Below are positions 28,614 through 37,348 of a stretch of 62,064 bases of DNA, piece by piece; within the stretch, counting starts at the first letter, position 1; each line of letters begins with the position of its first letter. The position numbers and the translations under genes are program-made. The notes beneath the pieces were generated by a model. That model was not told the origin of the DNA. It made no database searches and worked only from the letters and a program-made list of their open reading frames with translations. Source of the stretch: a virus (Duplodnaviria; Caudoviricetes); the IMG/VR virus record IMGVR_UViG_3300030060_002483, positions 1 through 62,064 of that record, one strand, 5' to 3'.

Positions 28614-29172
28614 GTTTATTAAAGGACATTTTAAAAACAGTGACCCCAATATAAAAGACTGGGACGAGCCTACTATACGTGAGTTTAACGGTAAAAAAGT
28701 GGTAGGTAGACCTACTAAGGGATACGGTAGTAGCACGTTTACGTATGCGGGTAAAACCTATGAGCCTACACCGTGGACTACGCCTATGTATAAAATAAGG
28801 TTAGGCGTAGAAGCGTTAATAAATAAAGAGTGTACGTTTTGTCTTTGTGGGTATTACGGTGAAGACGGTAAAGGTTTACCGCATCACAGCGATACAGTAC
28901 CCACGTTAGATGATTTAGTAGTATCAATATCTTTTGGTGGTCCTAGAGTTTTTCAGTGGCGTGAATATCATTACGATATAAAAGAAAAGACAGACACTAG
29001 TGAAGTTAAGTTTGATTGTTACTACAACACACCGCCAGCAACTAACTACATACTGGAACATGGTGACGTCATAATCTTTGACGGTCATAGTCAGATGCGC
29101 TCTACTCATGCGGTACTACCTATGGAACATGCTACAGAACGTATAAACTTAACTTTTAGGACAGGTATTTAA
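28606..29172 (+). CDS. AlkB-like 2OG-Fe(II) dioxygenase
   Basis: HSD, SISFGGPRVF, LEHGD, HAV, RINLTFR. Confidence 0.88.
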   Translation: MIKFIKGHFKNSDPNIKDWDEPTIREFNGKKVVGRPTKGYGSSTFTYAGKTYEPTPWTTPMYKIRLGVEALINKECTFCLCGYYGEDGKGLPHHSDTVPTLDDLVVSISFGGPRVFQWREYHYDIKEKTDTSEVKFDCYYNTPPATNYILEHGDVIIFDGHSQMRSTHAVLPMEHATERINLTFRTGI

Positions 29173-29186
29173 TAATAGGAGAAAAT

Positions 29187-29498
29187 ATGAAAGAAGGTAG
29201 TGATTTTAATTTAATAGCACAATTAGGTGTAAAAGATACTAACCATTTAGAGTTAGCCCAAAAAACGTATGGTGACAGTTGGCGTAGTAGAGGTGGCGTA
29301 GGTGCTTTTATGATGCTGGCTCGTAAGTGGGACAGGTTAGAAAACCAGTGTAAGGAAGAAGGTTATGACGTGTTTTCAGCCATAGCTAAAAACCCTAGTA
29401 GCACAGGTGTACTAGATGATATACGTGACTTACGTAGATATCTATTATTAGTTGAAGCCCATATGATAGAGGAATTAACCGCTGATAAAAATGATTAA
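29187..29498 (+). CDS. All-alpha nucleotide-modification-associated protein (Nmad1/NTP pyrophosphatase-like)
   Basis: YGDSW...RKWDRL...DDIRDLRRY pattern; context. Confidence 0.55.
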   Translation: MKEGSDFNLIAQLGVKDTNHLELAQKTYGDSWRSRGGVGAFMMLARKWDRLENQCKEEGYDVFSAIAKNPSSTGVLDDIRDLRRYLLLVEAHMIEELTADKND

Positions 29499-29898
29499 GG
29501 GTATAACTTTTAGTGCGTTTGATTTATTCCACGCTGGGCATGTAAGTATGCTACGGGAAGCTAATGAACAATGTGATTTTTTAACAGCCTGTATACACGT
29601 TGACCCCAGTAAAGAGAATAAAGAAAAAAATAAACCAGTACAGAGTTTACTAGAAAGACAACTACAAGTAAAAGCCTGTAGGTATGTTGATGATGTGTTA
29701 GTTTATTCAACCGAAGAAGATTTATTAAACATACTTAGAACTGTTCCGTGGGACGTAAGGATTATAGGTGAAGAATACTATAACAAAGACTTTACTGGTA
29801 AGGAAGAGTTTGAAGGCTTACACAGTAAAAGAATTTATTATAACGAAAGAAAACACACGTTTAGTAGTACAGAATTAAGAAAAAGATGCAAGACCTAA
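29491..29898 (+). CDS. Cytidylyltransferase (TagD/glycerol-3-phosphate CTase-like)
   Basis: FDLFHAGH (HIGH motif), YVDDV, RKHTFSSTELR. Confidence 0.9.
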   Translation: MIKGITFSAFDLFHAGHVSMLREANEQCDFLTACIHVDPSKENKEKNKPVQSLLERQLQVKACRYVDDVLVYSTEEDLLNILRTVPWDVRIIGEEYYNKDFTGKEEFEGLHSKRIYYNERKHTFSSTELRKRCKT

Positions 29899-31778
29899 CA
29901 CAAGTTCCTATGTCTTTGTTCACGCCCGAGGTGGATTGGTCTCCTCCTAGCGACTTACCTGAGTTAAGTAATTATCAGGAAGTCGCCATAGACCTTGAGA
30001 CACATGACCCTTTGCTCCTGTCTCATGGTCCATCTTGGGCATTCGCTGATACTGGTCACGTAACTGGTATAGCTGTAGCTACTAAAGACTTTAGTTATTA
30101 TTTTCCTATAGGTCATAAGGGTGGTGGTAACCTAGATGAAGGCTTAATAAAAAGGTGGTTAACTAAACAACTGTCTTACAATAACGATAAAATATTTCAT
30201 AACTCTCTATATGATTTAGGTTGGCTAAAACGTATAGGTATAGAAGTAAACGGTAAGGTACATGACACTATGTTTGCGGCACCTCTTATAGATGAGAATC
30301 AATACGGTTATTCACTAAATAAACTAGGGGAAAGATATGTAGGCGAGGTAAAGGATGAGAGTTTACTAAAAGAGGCAGCATCCGCTTACGGGCTTGACCC
30401 TAAAAAAGATATGTGGAAATTACCAGCTAAGTATGTTGGTGTTTACGCTGAACAAGATGCAGCACTCACTTTAAAATTATGGGAAATATTTAAAGAACTA
30501 CTAAGGTTAGAAAACGTTGAAGCTATATATGAATTAGAAACTAGCCTCATACCGATACTACTAGAGATGAGATATAAGGGTGTACCAGTAGATTTAGATA
30601 AAGCTGAAAAGGTGGGTAAACAATTAAAGAAAGAGGAAGTAAATATATTGACCAATATTAAAAAAGAACATGGAGTTTACCCTGACCTGTGGGCTGCAGC
30701 TTCTGTTGCTACAGTGTTTGACAGAGCTGGGTTAAGTTATCCACGTAGCCCTAAACTCAACGCACCTAGCTTTACTTCAGCTTGGTTAGAAAGTCATGAC
30801 AGTAAATTAGCTAAAGACATAGGTAGAGCACGTAAACTCAATAAAGCTAGAACTACTTTTATAGATAAGATGATATTAGAACATAGCGTAAACGGTAGAA
30901 TACATGGTGAATTACACCCGTTACGTAGTGATACTGGCGGTACAGTCACGGGTAGATTTAGTAGCTCTAACCCTAACTTACAACAAGTACCAGCTAGACA
31001 CGATATGATTGGACCTTTAGTTCGTAGTGTGTTTGTACCTGAAAAAGATCATTATTGGGGATGTTTTGATTACTCACAACAAGAGCCTAGACTTACTGTA
31101 CACTATTCAGCTGCAACACAACAAAAAGGTGCTGACGATGCGGTAGATGCGTATAGAAATAAAAACGCAGACTTTCACCAAATAGTAGCAGATATGGCTA
31201 ATATAAGCCGTAAGGAAGCTAAGGTTATTAATTTAGGACTAAGCTACGGTATGGGTAAAGACAAGCTCATAAGTCAGCTAGGTATATCACCGTTAGAAGC
31301 TGAAGAGTTATTTGAAACTTACCACAGTAGAGTTCCTTTTATCCGTGGACTACGTGACCAGTGTGCTAGGTTAGGCAGTAATAGAGGTTACATTGTTACG
31401 TTACTAGGTCGTAAGTGTAGGTTTAATTTATTTGAGCCCACCTTTGAACGTAAAACTCCGTACCCGTATGAAGAGGCAGTAGAGCGTTACGGTGAAAAAG
31501 TTAAACGTGCTTTTACATATAAAGCTATGAATAGATTAATACAAGGGTCAGCAGCAGACATGACTAAAAAAGCCATGGTTGATTTATATAAAGAGGGCTA
31601 CCTACCTCACACACAAGTACATGATGAACTAGATATATCTGTAGCTGATAAAAAACAATGTGAAGAGATAATACAAATTATGTCTGATTGTGTAAAAATA
31701 AAAGTGCCTAACTTAGTTGACGCAGAAATAGGTAACAGCTGGGGAGAGGCTACGGTTAATTATGAGGAGTTTTTTTAA
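29886..31778 (+). CDS. polA: DNA polymerase family A with 3'-5' exonuclease
   Basis: DLET exonuclease motif, TGRFSSSNPNLQQ, DYSQQEPR, AKVINLGLSYGMG, IQGSAAD, QVHDEL. Confidence 0.96.
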   Translation: MQDLTQVPMSLFTPEVDWSPPSDLPELSNYQEVAIDLETHDPLLLSHGPSWAFADTGHVTGIAVATKDFSYYFPIGHKGGGNLDEGLIKRWLTKQLSYNNDKIFHNSLYDLGWLKRIGIEVNGKVHDTMFAAPLIDENQYGYSLNKLGERYVGEVKDESLLKEAASAYGLDPKKDMWKLPAKYVGVYAEQDAALTLKLWEIFKELLRLENVEAIYELETSLIPILLEMRYKGVPVDLDKAEKVGKQLKKEEVNILTNIKKEHGVYPDLWAAASVATVFDRAGLSYPRSPKLNAPSFTSAWLESHDSKLAKDIGRARKLNKARTTFIDKMILEHSVNGRIHGELHPLRSDTGGTVTGRFSSSNPNLQQVPARHDMIGPLVRSVFVPEKDHYWGCFDYSQQEPRLTVHYSAATQQKGADDAVDAYRNKNADFHQIVADMANISRKEAKVINLGLSYGMGKDKLISQLGISPLEAEELFETYHSRVPFIRGLRDQCARLGSNRGYIVTLLGRKCRFNLFEPTFERKTPYPYEEAVERYGEKVKRAFTYKAMNRLIQGSAADMTKKAMVDLYKEGYLPHTQVHDELDISVADKKQCEEIIQIMSDCVKIKVPNLVDAEIGNSWGEATVNYEEFF

Positions 31779-31877
31779 ATGTTGTTAGATGTACTTTTAG
31801 CTAGTGTTGTTACTTTTGGTGTGGTGTTAACACTGAGCTTATTAGGGTTATTGATATACGATTCATGGCGGAAATAA
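31779..31877 (+). CDS. 32-aa hydrophobic peptide (not in the ORF track)
   Basis: MLLDVLLASVVTFGVVLTLSLLGLLIYDSWRK; GAGGAG upstream; fills the gap after polA. Confidence 0.5.
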   Translation: MLLDVLLASVVTFGVVLTLSLLGLLIYDSWRK

Positions 31878-32434
31878 ACTTTATATACTTCACTGACGAA
31901 ACCTACAAAAGAGTTATAAAACACACCATGTCCGAGATGCACAAGCTCAAAGGCGGTGGTATATTTGTGGGTGACCCTAACGTTATGGCTCCTGGAGATA
32001 CGCTAAAACAGTATTTAAAGATATACAACACCCTTGTAAAAAGAAAAGTAAAAAGTTTTGATAGTCATAAAGAAGCACAAATAAAACTATATAATTTAGG
32101 TTATAAAAAAGCGGTATGTATGGAGGACACCGATATGAAAAATATATTTCAAACTAAAAAGGTAGATATACCTAAACCCAATAACCACTGTAAAACTGTC
32201 CGTGGTCGTGACCCTTGGGACACTGACTGGTTAATAGAGCGTACTGATAAAAACCCACTGAGTCAAAACATAAAGAATAGACTTACTAACTATGTTGATG
32301 TTAATAAAGGTGAGCCCACTATAGCCAATATATTAAAGTTCACTGAATTAGATATCAATGACATTAAATATGATATAAAGTTAGGTTATATCAAGGCGTA
32401 TAAAACAGTAGATGGTAAAAAGAAATACAAGTAA
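31865..32434 (+). CDS. Hypothetical protein
   Basis: 189-aa ORF; C-terminal DIKYDIKLGYI resembles the 38477 ORF. Confidence 0.6.
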   Translation: MAEINFIYFTDETYKRVIKHTMSEMHKLKGGGIFVGDPNVMAPGDTLKQYLKIYNTLVKRKVKSFDSHKEAQIKLYNLGYKKAVCMEDTDMKNIFQTKKVDIPKPNNHCKTVRGRDPWDTDWLIERTDKNPLSQNIKNRLTNYVDVNKGEPTIANILKFTELDINDIKYDIKLGYIKAYKTVDGKKKYK

Positions 32435-32681
32435 ATACGAAACTATATGGGAAATAAAATACTTTGACCCAGAGTTTACAGGCAAGTTCCATCCATACAG
32501 GCTAGAACTACAAGTCAATAAAGAACACATGTTATACATAGCCACCGATAACATACATGAGTGGTTAGCAGAACACTCAACAGAGTTATTAACAACTATG
32601 CTACAAGCCATAACCAACACCACCATGAAAAGCACCTTTCACTTTGTAAGAATTAAGGTAGTACCAGAAAGACTTCATTAA
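32412..32681 (+). CDS. Hypothetical protein
   Basis: ORF on the coding strand. Confidence 0.45.
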   Translation: MVKRNTSKYETIWEIKYFDPEFTGKFHPYRLELQVNKEHMLYIATDNIHEWLAEHSTELLTTMLQAITNTTMKSTFHFVRIKVVPERLH

Positions 32682-32687
32682 AAAGAT

Positions 32688-32716
32688 TTTACATCAATAC
32701 CGAATATAGGTATAGT
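32688..32716 (+). promoter_or_regulatory. Sigma70-like promoter TTTACA-17-TATAGT
   Basis: Canonical spacing; the ATG 7 nt downstream suggests a leaderless mRNA. Confidence 0.6.
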
Positions 32717-32723
32717 AAAGTAT

Positions 32724-32909
32724 ATGTTAAGTAATAAAAGCGTAGAACCTAAGTGGAAAGAAAAACGCATAAAAGAAATAAACTCTAAAGGTTTAAAGTG
32801 TGATGATTCACACCCAGACTTTGAAGAAGTACAAGCCATATATTCTAGTAAAGCTAGAAACTATAGAGAGTTTATTAAACAGTTTTTAGATAGGAGAGAC
32901 AATAAATAA
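32724..32909 (+). CDS. Hypothetical protein
   Basis: ORF after the promoter. Confidence 0.5.
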   Translation: MLSNKSVEPKWKEKRIKEINSKGLKCDDSHPDFEEVQAIYSSKARNYREFIKQFLDRRDNK

Positions 32910-33145
32910 TGTATAAATTAGAAACAGATATACCGTTACCAGAAACACGTATATATAACAATAAATACGATTTTCATTTATTAAAAGAGAGAGGTCATAG
33001 TATTGGCTATCCTGTAGAAGACACGTTAGATATACAAAGAATACGTATAGCTTTGAGCAGATACGCTAGTAGACACGATTTTGAGTACACTACTAGAATA
33101 GAAGACAGTGACGATGAACGTAAGTTAAGAGTATGGAGACTATAG
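32909..33145 (+). CDS. Small putative DNA-binding protein
   Basis: IPLP...KY.F...LRVWR pattern seen in small phage proteins. Confidence 0.55.
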   Translation: MYKLETDIPLPETRIYNNKYDFHLLKERGHSIGYPVEDTLDIQRIRIALSRYASRHDFEYTTRIEDSDDERKLRVWRL

Positions 33146-33609
33146 AAAATACAGATAATACTAGATGTGTACGCTGTAAGGGTAAGATAGGCTACAGGTA
33201 CAGAAAAGAAGGTATAGTTGTTTGTGAAAAATGTAACCCAAATAAAAGTCCGTATCAAGTAGGTAGAGCTAAAGTATCAGAAAAAGACGGTAGAATATAC
33301 GAAGGATTACGTAAACAATTTTTAGGAGCACACCTAGATGATATTAATATTATTGACCGTAGTAACGATTACCGTGTGGATCATGGTATACTTGGTTTAG
33401 CAGAGCAGTTTGAAGAACGTGATAAAGTGGCTAGGCGTGAATATGAGAATAAAAGAGTTCACGACGCTTTAATAACTATGCATGAAGCTATAATAGAAAA
33501 CAAGGGTGAAAGCAGTAGTACACAAAGATACCGTAGACGTAAATTAATACCTGAAAACTTGAGGGATACCGCAGGTAAGTTTATGTTAGGTATGAAAGGT
33601 TGGAGATGA
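33133..33609 (+). CDS. Zinc-ribbon-containing hypothetical protein
   Basis: CVRC...CEKC. Confidence 0.55.
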   Translation: METIENTDNTRCVRCKGKIGYRYRKEGIVVCEKCNPNKSPYQVGRAKVSEKDGRIYEGLRKQFLGAHLDDINIIDRSNDYRVDHGILGLAEQFEERDKVARREYENKRVHDALITMHEAIIENKGESSSTQRYRRRKLIPENLRDTAGKFMLGMKGWR

Positions 33610-34073
33610 AGAAAAAGAAGTTAACCCCACGCCAAGAAAAATACGCACAAAACGTAGCTAAAGGTATGAGCAAGAAAGACGCAGCACAAAAAGCAGGTTA
33701 TAGCGAAAAGAATGCAGCTAGAGCGGGTAGTGTGCTTGACAGTAAAGCCAACCCTTTAGTAAGCCAACGTATACAAGCCTTACAGAAAAAAGCAGCCAAA
33801 AAAGTAGAACTTGATTTATCTACTCACCTTACAGATTTAAAAGACATACGTGAGGGAGCTATGCGTAATGGTGCGTGGTCTGCTGCCGTTACTGCAGAAG
33901 TAGCTAGGGGTAAAGCAGCAGGATTATACATTAACCGTAGTGAGCTAGTAGTGAATAAAGTAGAGACTATGGATAAAGAACAAATACTAGACCGTTTAAA
34001 AGAACTTTACTATGAGACTGGAGGTATATTACCAATGGGCACTATCATAGAAGGTGATTCAGAAACCTCGTAA
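33606..34073 (+). CDS. terS: Terminase small subunit
   Basis: LTPRQEKY...AAQKAGYS HTH, then AAVTAEVARGKAAGLY. Confidence 0.8.
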   Translation: MKKKKLTPRQEKYAQNVAKGMSKKDAAQKAGYSEKNAARAGSVLDSKANPLVSQRIQALQKKAAKKVELDLSTHLTDLKDIREGAMRNGAWSAAVTAEVARGKAAGLYINRSELVVNKVETMDKEQILDRLKELYYETGGILPMGTIIEGDSETS

Positions 34074-34081
34074 AATAATAC

Positions 34082-34110
34082 TTTACATCCTTATACAATT
34101 TAACTAACCT
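34082..34110 (+). promoter_or_regulatory. Sigma70-like promoter TTTACA-17-TAACCT
   Basis: Same -35 as the other phage promoters; precedes the structured non-coding region. Confidence 0.5.
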
Positions 34111-34115
34111 ATAAC

Positions 34116-34345
34116 TAGGTTATAAACTGCCTACTATTTGATATCGGTTTATAATTTAGGTGGTTTGAAGACACCAACGAAGAAGTACGCTTCGTTATTA
34201 TTCTTTTATGTCATAGTAGAACCACCGATTTTTAAATTAGGGTTGAACTAATTGAAGACACCAACGGAGTGCTCTGTCTTTACCTATATTTTAGCAGAGT
34301 ACTACAAGACGTCGTAGTAGATTAGTTTGACCCGCTCTTTTATTT
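34116..34345 (+). ncRNA. Candidate structured small RNA with two tandem copies of one motif
   Basis: TTGAAGACACCAACG occurs twice and GTC(A/G)TAGTAG twice, each pair enclosed by a different closing stem; upstream hairpin and downstream T-tract. Confidence 0.55.
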
Positions 34346-34372
34346 ATTAGCAATAGAAGGTAATATATTCAT

Positions 34373-34684
34373 ATGGCTTTAACCTTATTATTCAGCAACG
34401 GTAAAAAACTCAAAAAACCTATAACCAAAGAAAAGACAAAGACATGGTATGTCCCGTATACCACTATAGAAGTTGAGATGCACAAGATAGAAGCTGATAC
34501 GTATCAAGAAGCTATTAGTAAAGCAACTCTACGTAACCGTAAGGGCAAGGTAAAGACATACACACTACAAGAAACACACTCAACCGACGCTTTTTTAACT
34601 CCGCACGTTAAAGAGCCTAATGAATTATTCAGTAGGTTTATTCATATGTTTAACGTCACGGTTGAAGATTTTGATAATACCTAG
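34373..34684 (+). CDS. Hypothetical early protein
   Basis: ORF. Confidence 0.5.
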   Translation: MALTLLFSNGKKLKKPITKEKTKTWYVPYTTIEVEMHKIEADTYQEAISKATLRNRKGKVKTYTLQETHSTDAFLTPHVKEPNELFSRFIHMFNVTVEDFDNT

Positions 34685-34744
34685 TGATCATATTTGACGT
34701 TTAATATACTTTACTTATACTTAATTTATTACGGAGGACTAAGT

Positions 34745-34921
34745 ATGAATGAAGATATTAATAAGTCTATAGCTACTTTAGAAAAAGCTGTACAATATTA
34801 TATTAATAATAACAATGACCCTTTAGAGTGTAACTCACTTTATGGTAGCTTTGTTATGGTTAAACTAGCTTTAGAGCAGTTTGCTTTACTAGATACACTG
34901 AGTAAAACTACTAATGAGTAA
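34745..34921 (+). CDS. Hypothetical early protein
   Basis: GGAGG RBS before ATG 34745; promoter-like TTGACG-16-TATACT at 34694. Confidence 0.55.
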   Translation: MNEDINKSIATLEKAVQYYINNNNDPLECNSLYGSFVMVKLALEQFALLDTLSKTTNE

Positions 34922-35108
34922 GTGTAAGTTATGTAAAGAGGACATGCCTAAGGGTAGAGCGGAGCTAGGTTATATAACCTGCTTAGAATGTGGTGAGATG
35001 GCTGCACAAATACTCGCTAGTAAGCGTAGAAAACAAGTAGCCCCAGCCTATAATAAAGGTGCTTACCAATTTATAACTATCAATGATTTAGAAACTATAG
35101 GAAGGTAG
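34914..35108 (+). CDS. DksA/TraR-like C4 zinc-finger protein
   Basis: CKLC...R..LG...CLEC followed by PAYNKGAYQ. Confidence 0.55.
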   Translation: MSKCKLCKEDMPKGRAELGYITCLECGEMAAQILASKRRKQVAPAYNKGAYQFITINDLETIGR

Positions 35109-35109
35109 T

Positions 35110-35391
35110 ATGAAAAAAGTTCACGTGATAAGAGTATTGAGGTTACTGAACCTACATTTAAAACACATGGCTACTACTCAACCACTAATGGAAAAAGAGT
35201 TTACTGATATGTTGGAGTTAAATAAAGACATGCTTAGAGCAGTGAGGAAAACTAATAGTAACGACATGTCAGAAGTTATTGATGAGGAAATACTTTTAAG
35301 TATCATTGAAAGTATATTGCTACCGTATGGTGCGGATTTTAATATCCGTTATATTAAGAAAACTAGGAAAAATCAAGTTACATATATGTAG
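35110..35391 (+). CDS. Hypothetical protein
   Basis: ORF with RBS. Confidence 0.5.
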   Translation: MKKVHVIRVLRLLNLHLKHMATTQPLMEKEFTDMLELNKDMLRAVRKTNSNDMSEVIDEEILLSIIESILLPYGADFNIRYIKKTRKNQVTYM

Positions 35392-35403
35392 TTAGGAGGA
35401 CAT

Positions 35404-35604
35404 ATGAGCACAGATTGTAAACACGAGAATATAGCTAACAGCTATAAAATAAACAAAGACGGAGTATTAGAAAGCGTATTAGAGTGTGAAGATTGCGGTA
35501 AACGTGAAACAGGAATAGTAGCGTTAACTGAAGAAGTTAACGTACCTAAACACCTACAAGGCTACTCAAAAGAGACCATCGAAATATTGCGTAAAATATT
35601 TTGA
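35404..35604 (+). CDS. Hypothetical protein (CxH...CxxC)
   Basis: AGGAGG RBS. Confidence 0.55.
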   Translation: MSTDCKHENIANSYKINKDGVLESVLECEDCGKRETGIVALTEEVNVPKHLQGYSKETIEILRKIF

Positions 35605-35610
35605 CCATGG

Positions 35611-35639
35611 TTTACATCAAACCCCACCTTACCTATTAT
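35611..35639 (+). promoter_or_regulatory. Sigma70-like promoter TTTACA-17-TATTAT
   Basis: Canonical spacing. Confidence 0.65.
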
Positions 35640-35687
35640 TTAATAGTTAGTTAATTTATATAGGGTCACACCCAGGAGGAAAAAATT

Positions 35688-36059
35688 ATGTCTAACGATA
35701 ACGGATATGTTAATAAACAAAACCCCAACAGGGGTAAAGTACTAGATGCGCTTGACGATATGTTTGACTACTTACAAGTAAGGCTCAACGACCTTGAAGG
35801 GCGTATTAATAGTATATCAACGGTAACCCACGTTGACTTTAATATTAATGACTACGTGCACAAGGAAGAGCTAAGTGAAGCCTTTGAGTGTTTTAGGGAC
35901 AACCTATACGTTGACTCTTACGACGTTACTATTGAAGCTAACATTGACGGTGATATGCCCGTAAGGAGTGACGGTATTGACCGTGTTGACCTTGATTCTA
36001 TGACCGAGAAGCGTCAAAACCCACCCGTAGAATTACCAGAAGGTGATGACGATGAGTGA
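35688..36059 (+). CDS. Acidic hypothetical early protein
   Basis: AGGAGG RBS; very D/E-rich. Confidence 0.6.
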   Translation: MSNDNGYVNKQNPNRGKVLDALDDMFDYLQVRLNDLEGRINSISTVTHVDFNINDYVHKEELSEAFECFRDNLYVDSYDVTIEANIDGDMPVRSDGIDRVDLDSMTEKRQNPPVELPEGDDDE

Positions 36060-36459
36060 TAAAAAGAATATTAAAGTTGCGCTGGTTGACCCGTTTGAGC
36101 AGAGGGTAGTTTATCAAACTATCCCTACTGACTCTCACGGGTCGATATTAGGCGGAGTCAAACTACTAATTGATTGTAGTTTAATTGATATAGTTACGTT
36201 GAGTGACAAGCATATGGCTATAGTAGATGACAACGGTTTATACCGAGAGGACACTAGGTATAGTTTATTGCCCATGTACCCTCAACCGTTGGCTGGTAAC
36301 GTTGTAGTTTGTAACTATGACGAAGAAGGTAATACTACGGATATTGACTCAGACATGTATGACGAGTTAGTGAGCTACACTAAGTTTATGCATGAAGGGT
36401 TTAGCGTAGAGCCTAGATTTGAGTTTATGCCGTTGCCTACGGGTAAGGAGATAAACTAA
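36052..36459 (+). CDS. DUF3846-like protein
   Basis: IVDDNGL...PLAGNVVV...DEEGNTTD. Confidence 0.6.
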   Translation: MSDKKNIKVALVDPFEQRVVYQTIPTDSHGSILGGVKLLIDCSLIDIVTLSDKHMAIVDDNGLYREDTRYSLLPMYPQPLAGNVVVCNYDEEGNTTDIDSDMYDELVSYTKFMHEGFSVEPRFEFMPLPTGKEIN

Positions 36460-36974
36460 TGTCTACACGAGCGGTTTATACGTTTCATTCTGTAGCTTCC
36501 CCTGAGGGAGCTACGGATAGAAACCCTATAAGCATTTATAAGCACCATGACGGTTATCCGTCGGGTGCTTTAGGTTTTTTATCCAACGCGTCATTATATT
36601 GTACTGACCAAGTTAAGTTTACCACCTGCTCTTACGTTGATACTAATTTTGGTGAAGTAGAACCTATTACCGTAGCCAGTGTGCGTGACCAGTTTGTATT
36701 AGGGTTTATGATGCACCCAGATAACGGAGGGCATAAATACTTTACTCCGTCGCCCGAGGTACACGGTGATATAGAATACGCCTACAATATTTACGTAGAG
36801 GATTTTAATAAAGCCGAAGAGCCTAACTACAACCCAGTAGTGGAAATTATGTCCGTGTATACTGGGGTGAGTGATAATTATCAACAAAACCATAAGTACG
36901 AGTTAGTGGCTAAAGACACTCTTGATAAACTGTACGCAGATTTAATAAACGGTAAGGACTATGAAACAGGATAA
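36459..36974 (+). CDS. Conserved phage early protein (MSTRA...YxHxDGYP family)
   Basis: MSTRAV, IYKHHDGYPSG, HGDIEYAY. Confidence 0.65.
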   Translation: MSTRAVYTFHSVASPEGATDRNPISIYKHHDGYPSGALGFLSNASLYCTDQVKFTTCSYVDTNFGEVEPITVASVRDQFVLGFMMHPDNGGHKYFTPSPEVHGDIEYAYNIYVEDFNKAEEPNYNPVVEIMSVYTGVSDNYQQNHKYELVAKDTLDKLYADLINGKDYETG

Positions 36975-37284
36975 CGAGTTTAGACACTCTACTATTATGG
37001 ACATAGTGACGTGGGCAGAAGACCGAGGTCTTTTGTCCGCCAAAGACAATGAAGCTAAGAGTGCACAGTTAATAAAACTCACGGAAGAAGTAGGTGAGTT
37101 AGCTAGAGCGTTTAGTAAGAAAGACAGGTGGGACTTAGTAGATTCAATAGGGGATTGTATGGTTGTGTTGATAGTTATTGCCTATCAGCACGACCTTACT
37201 GTTGAAGAGTGTTTAAGTAAAGCCTACGAAGAAATAAAAGACCGTAAAGGCGTTCTAAAAGATGGTTATTTTATTAAGGAGTAA
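36961..37284 (+). CDS. MazG-like nucleotide pyrophosphohydrolase
   Basis: KLTEEVGELA...DSIGD..VVL, AYEEIKDRKG...G.FIKE. Confidence 0.85.
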   Translation: MKQDNEFRHSTIMDIVTWAEDRGLLSAKDNEAKSAQLIKLTEEVGELARAFSKKDRWDLVDSIGDCMVVLIVIAYQHDLTVEECLSKAYEEIKDRKGVLKDGYFIKE

Positions 37285-37348
37285 CCACCCCATACCTTTT
37301 GACTAGGGCTATTATAATACTAGGTTATTTAATAAAAGGAGGAACCTA

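Noticed and set aside
34165-34266. TTGAAGACACCAACG direct repeat as a mini-CRISPR array
   Set aside because: There are only two 15-bp copies, embedded in larger paired structures, with no cas operon. A structured RNA explains it better.
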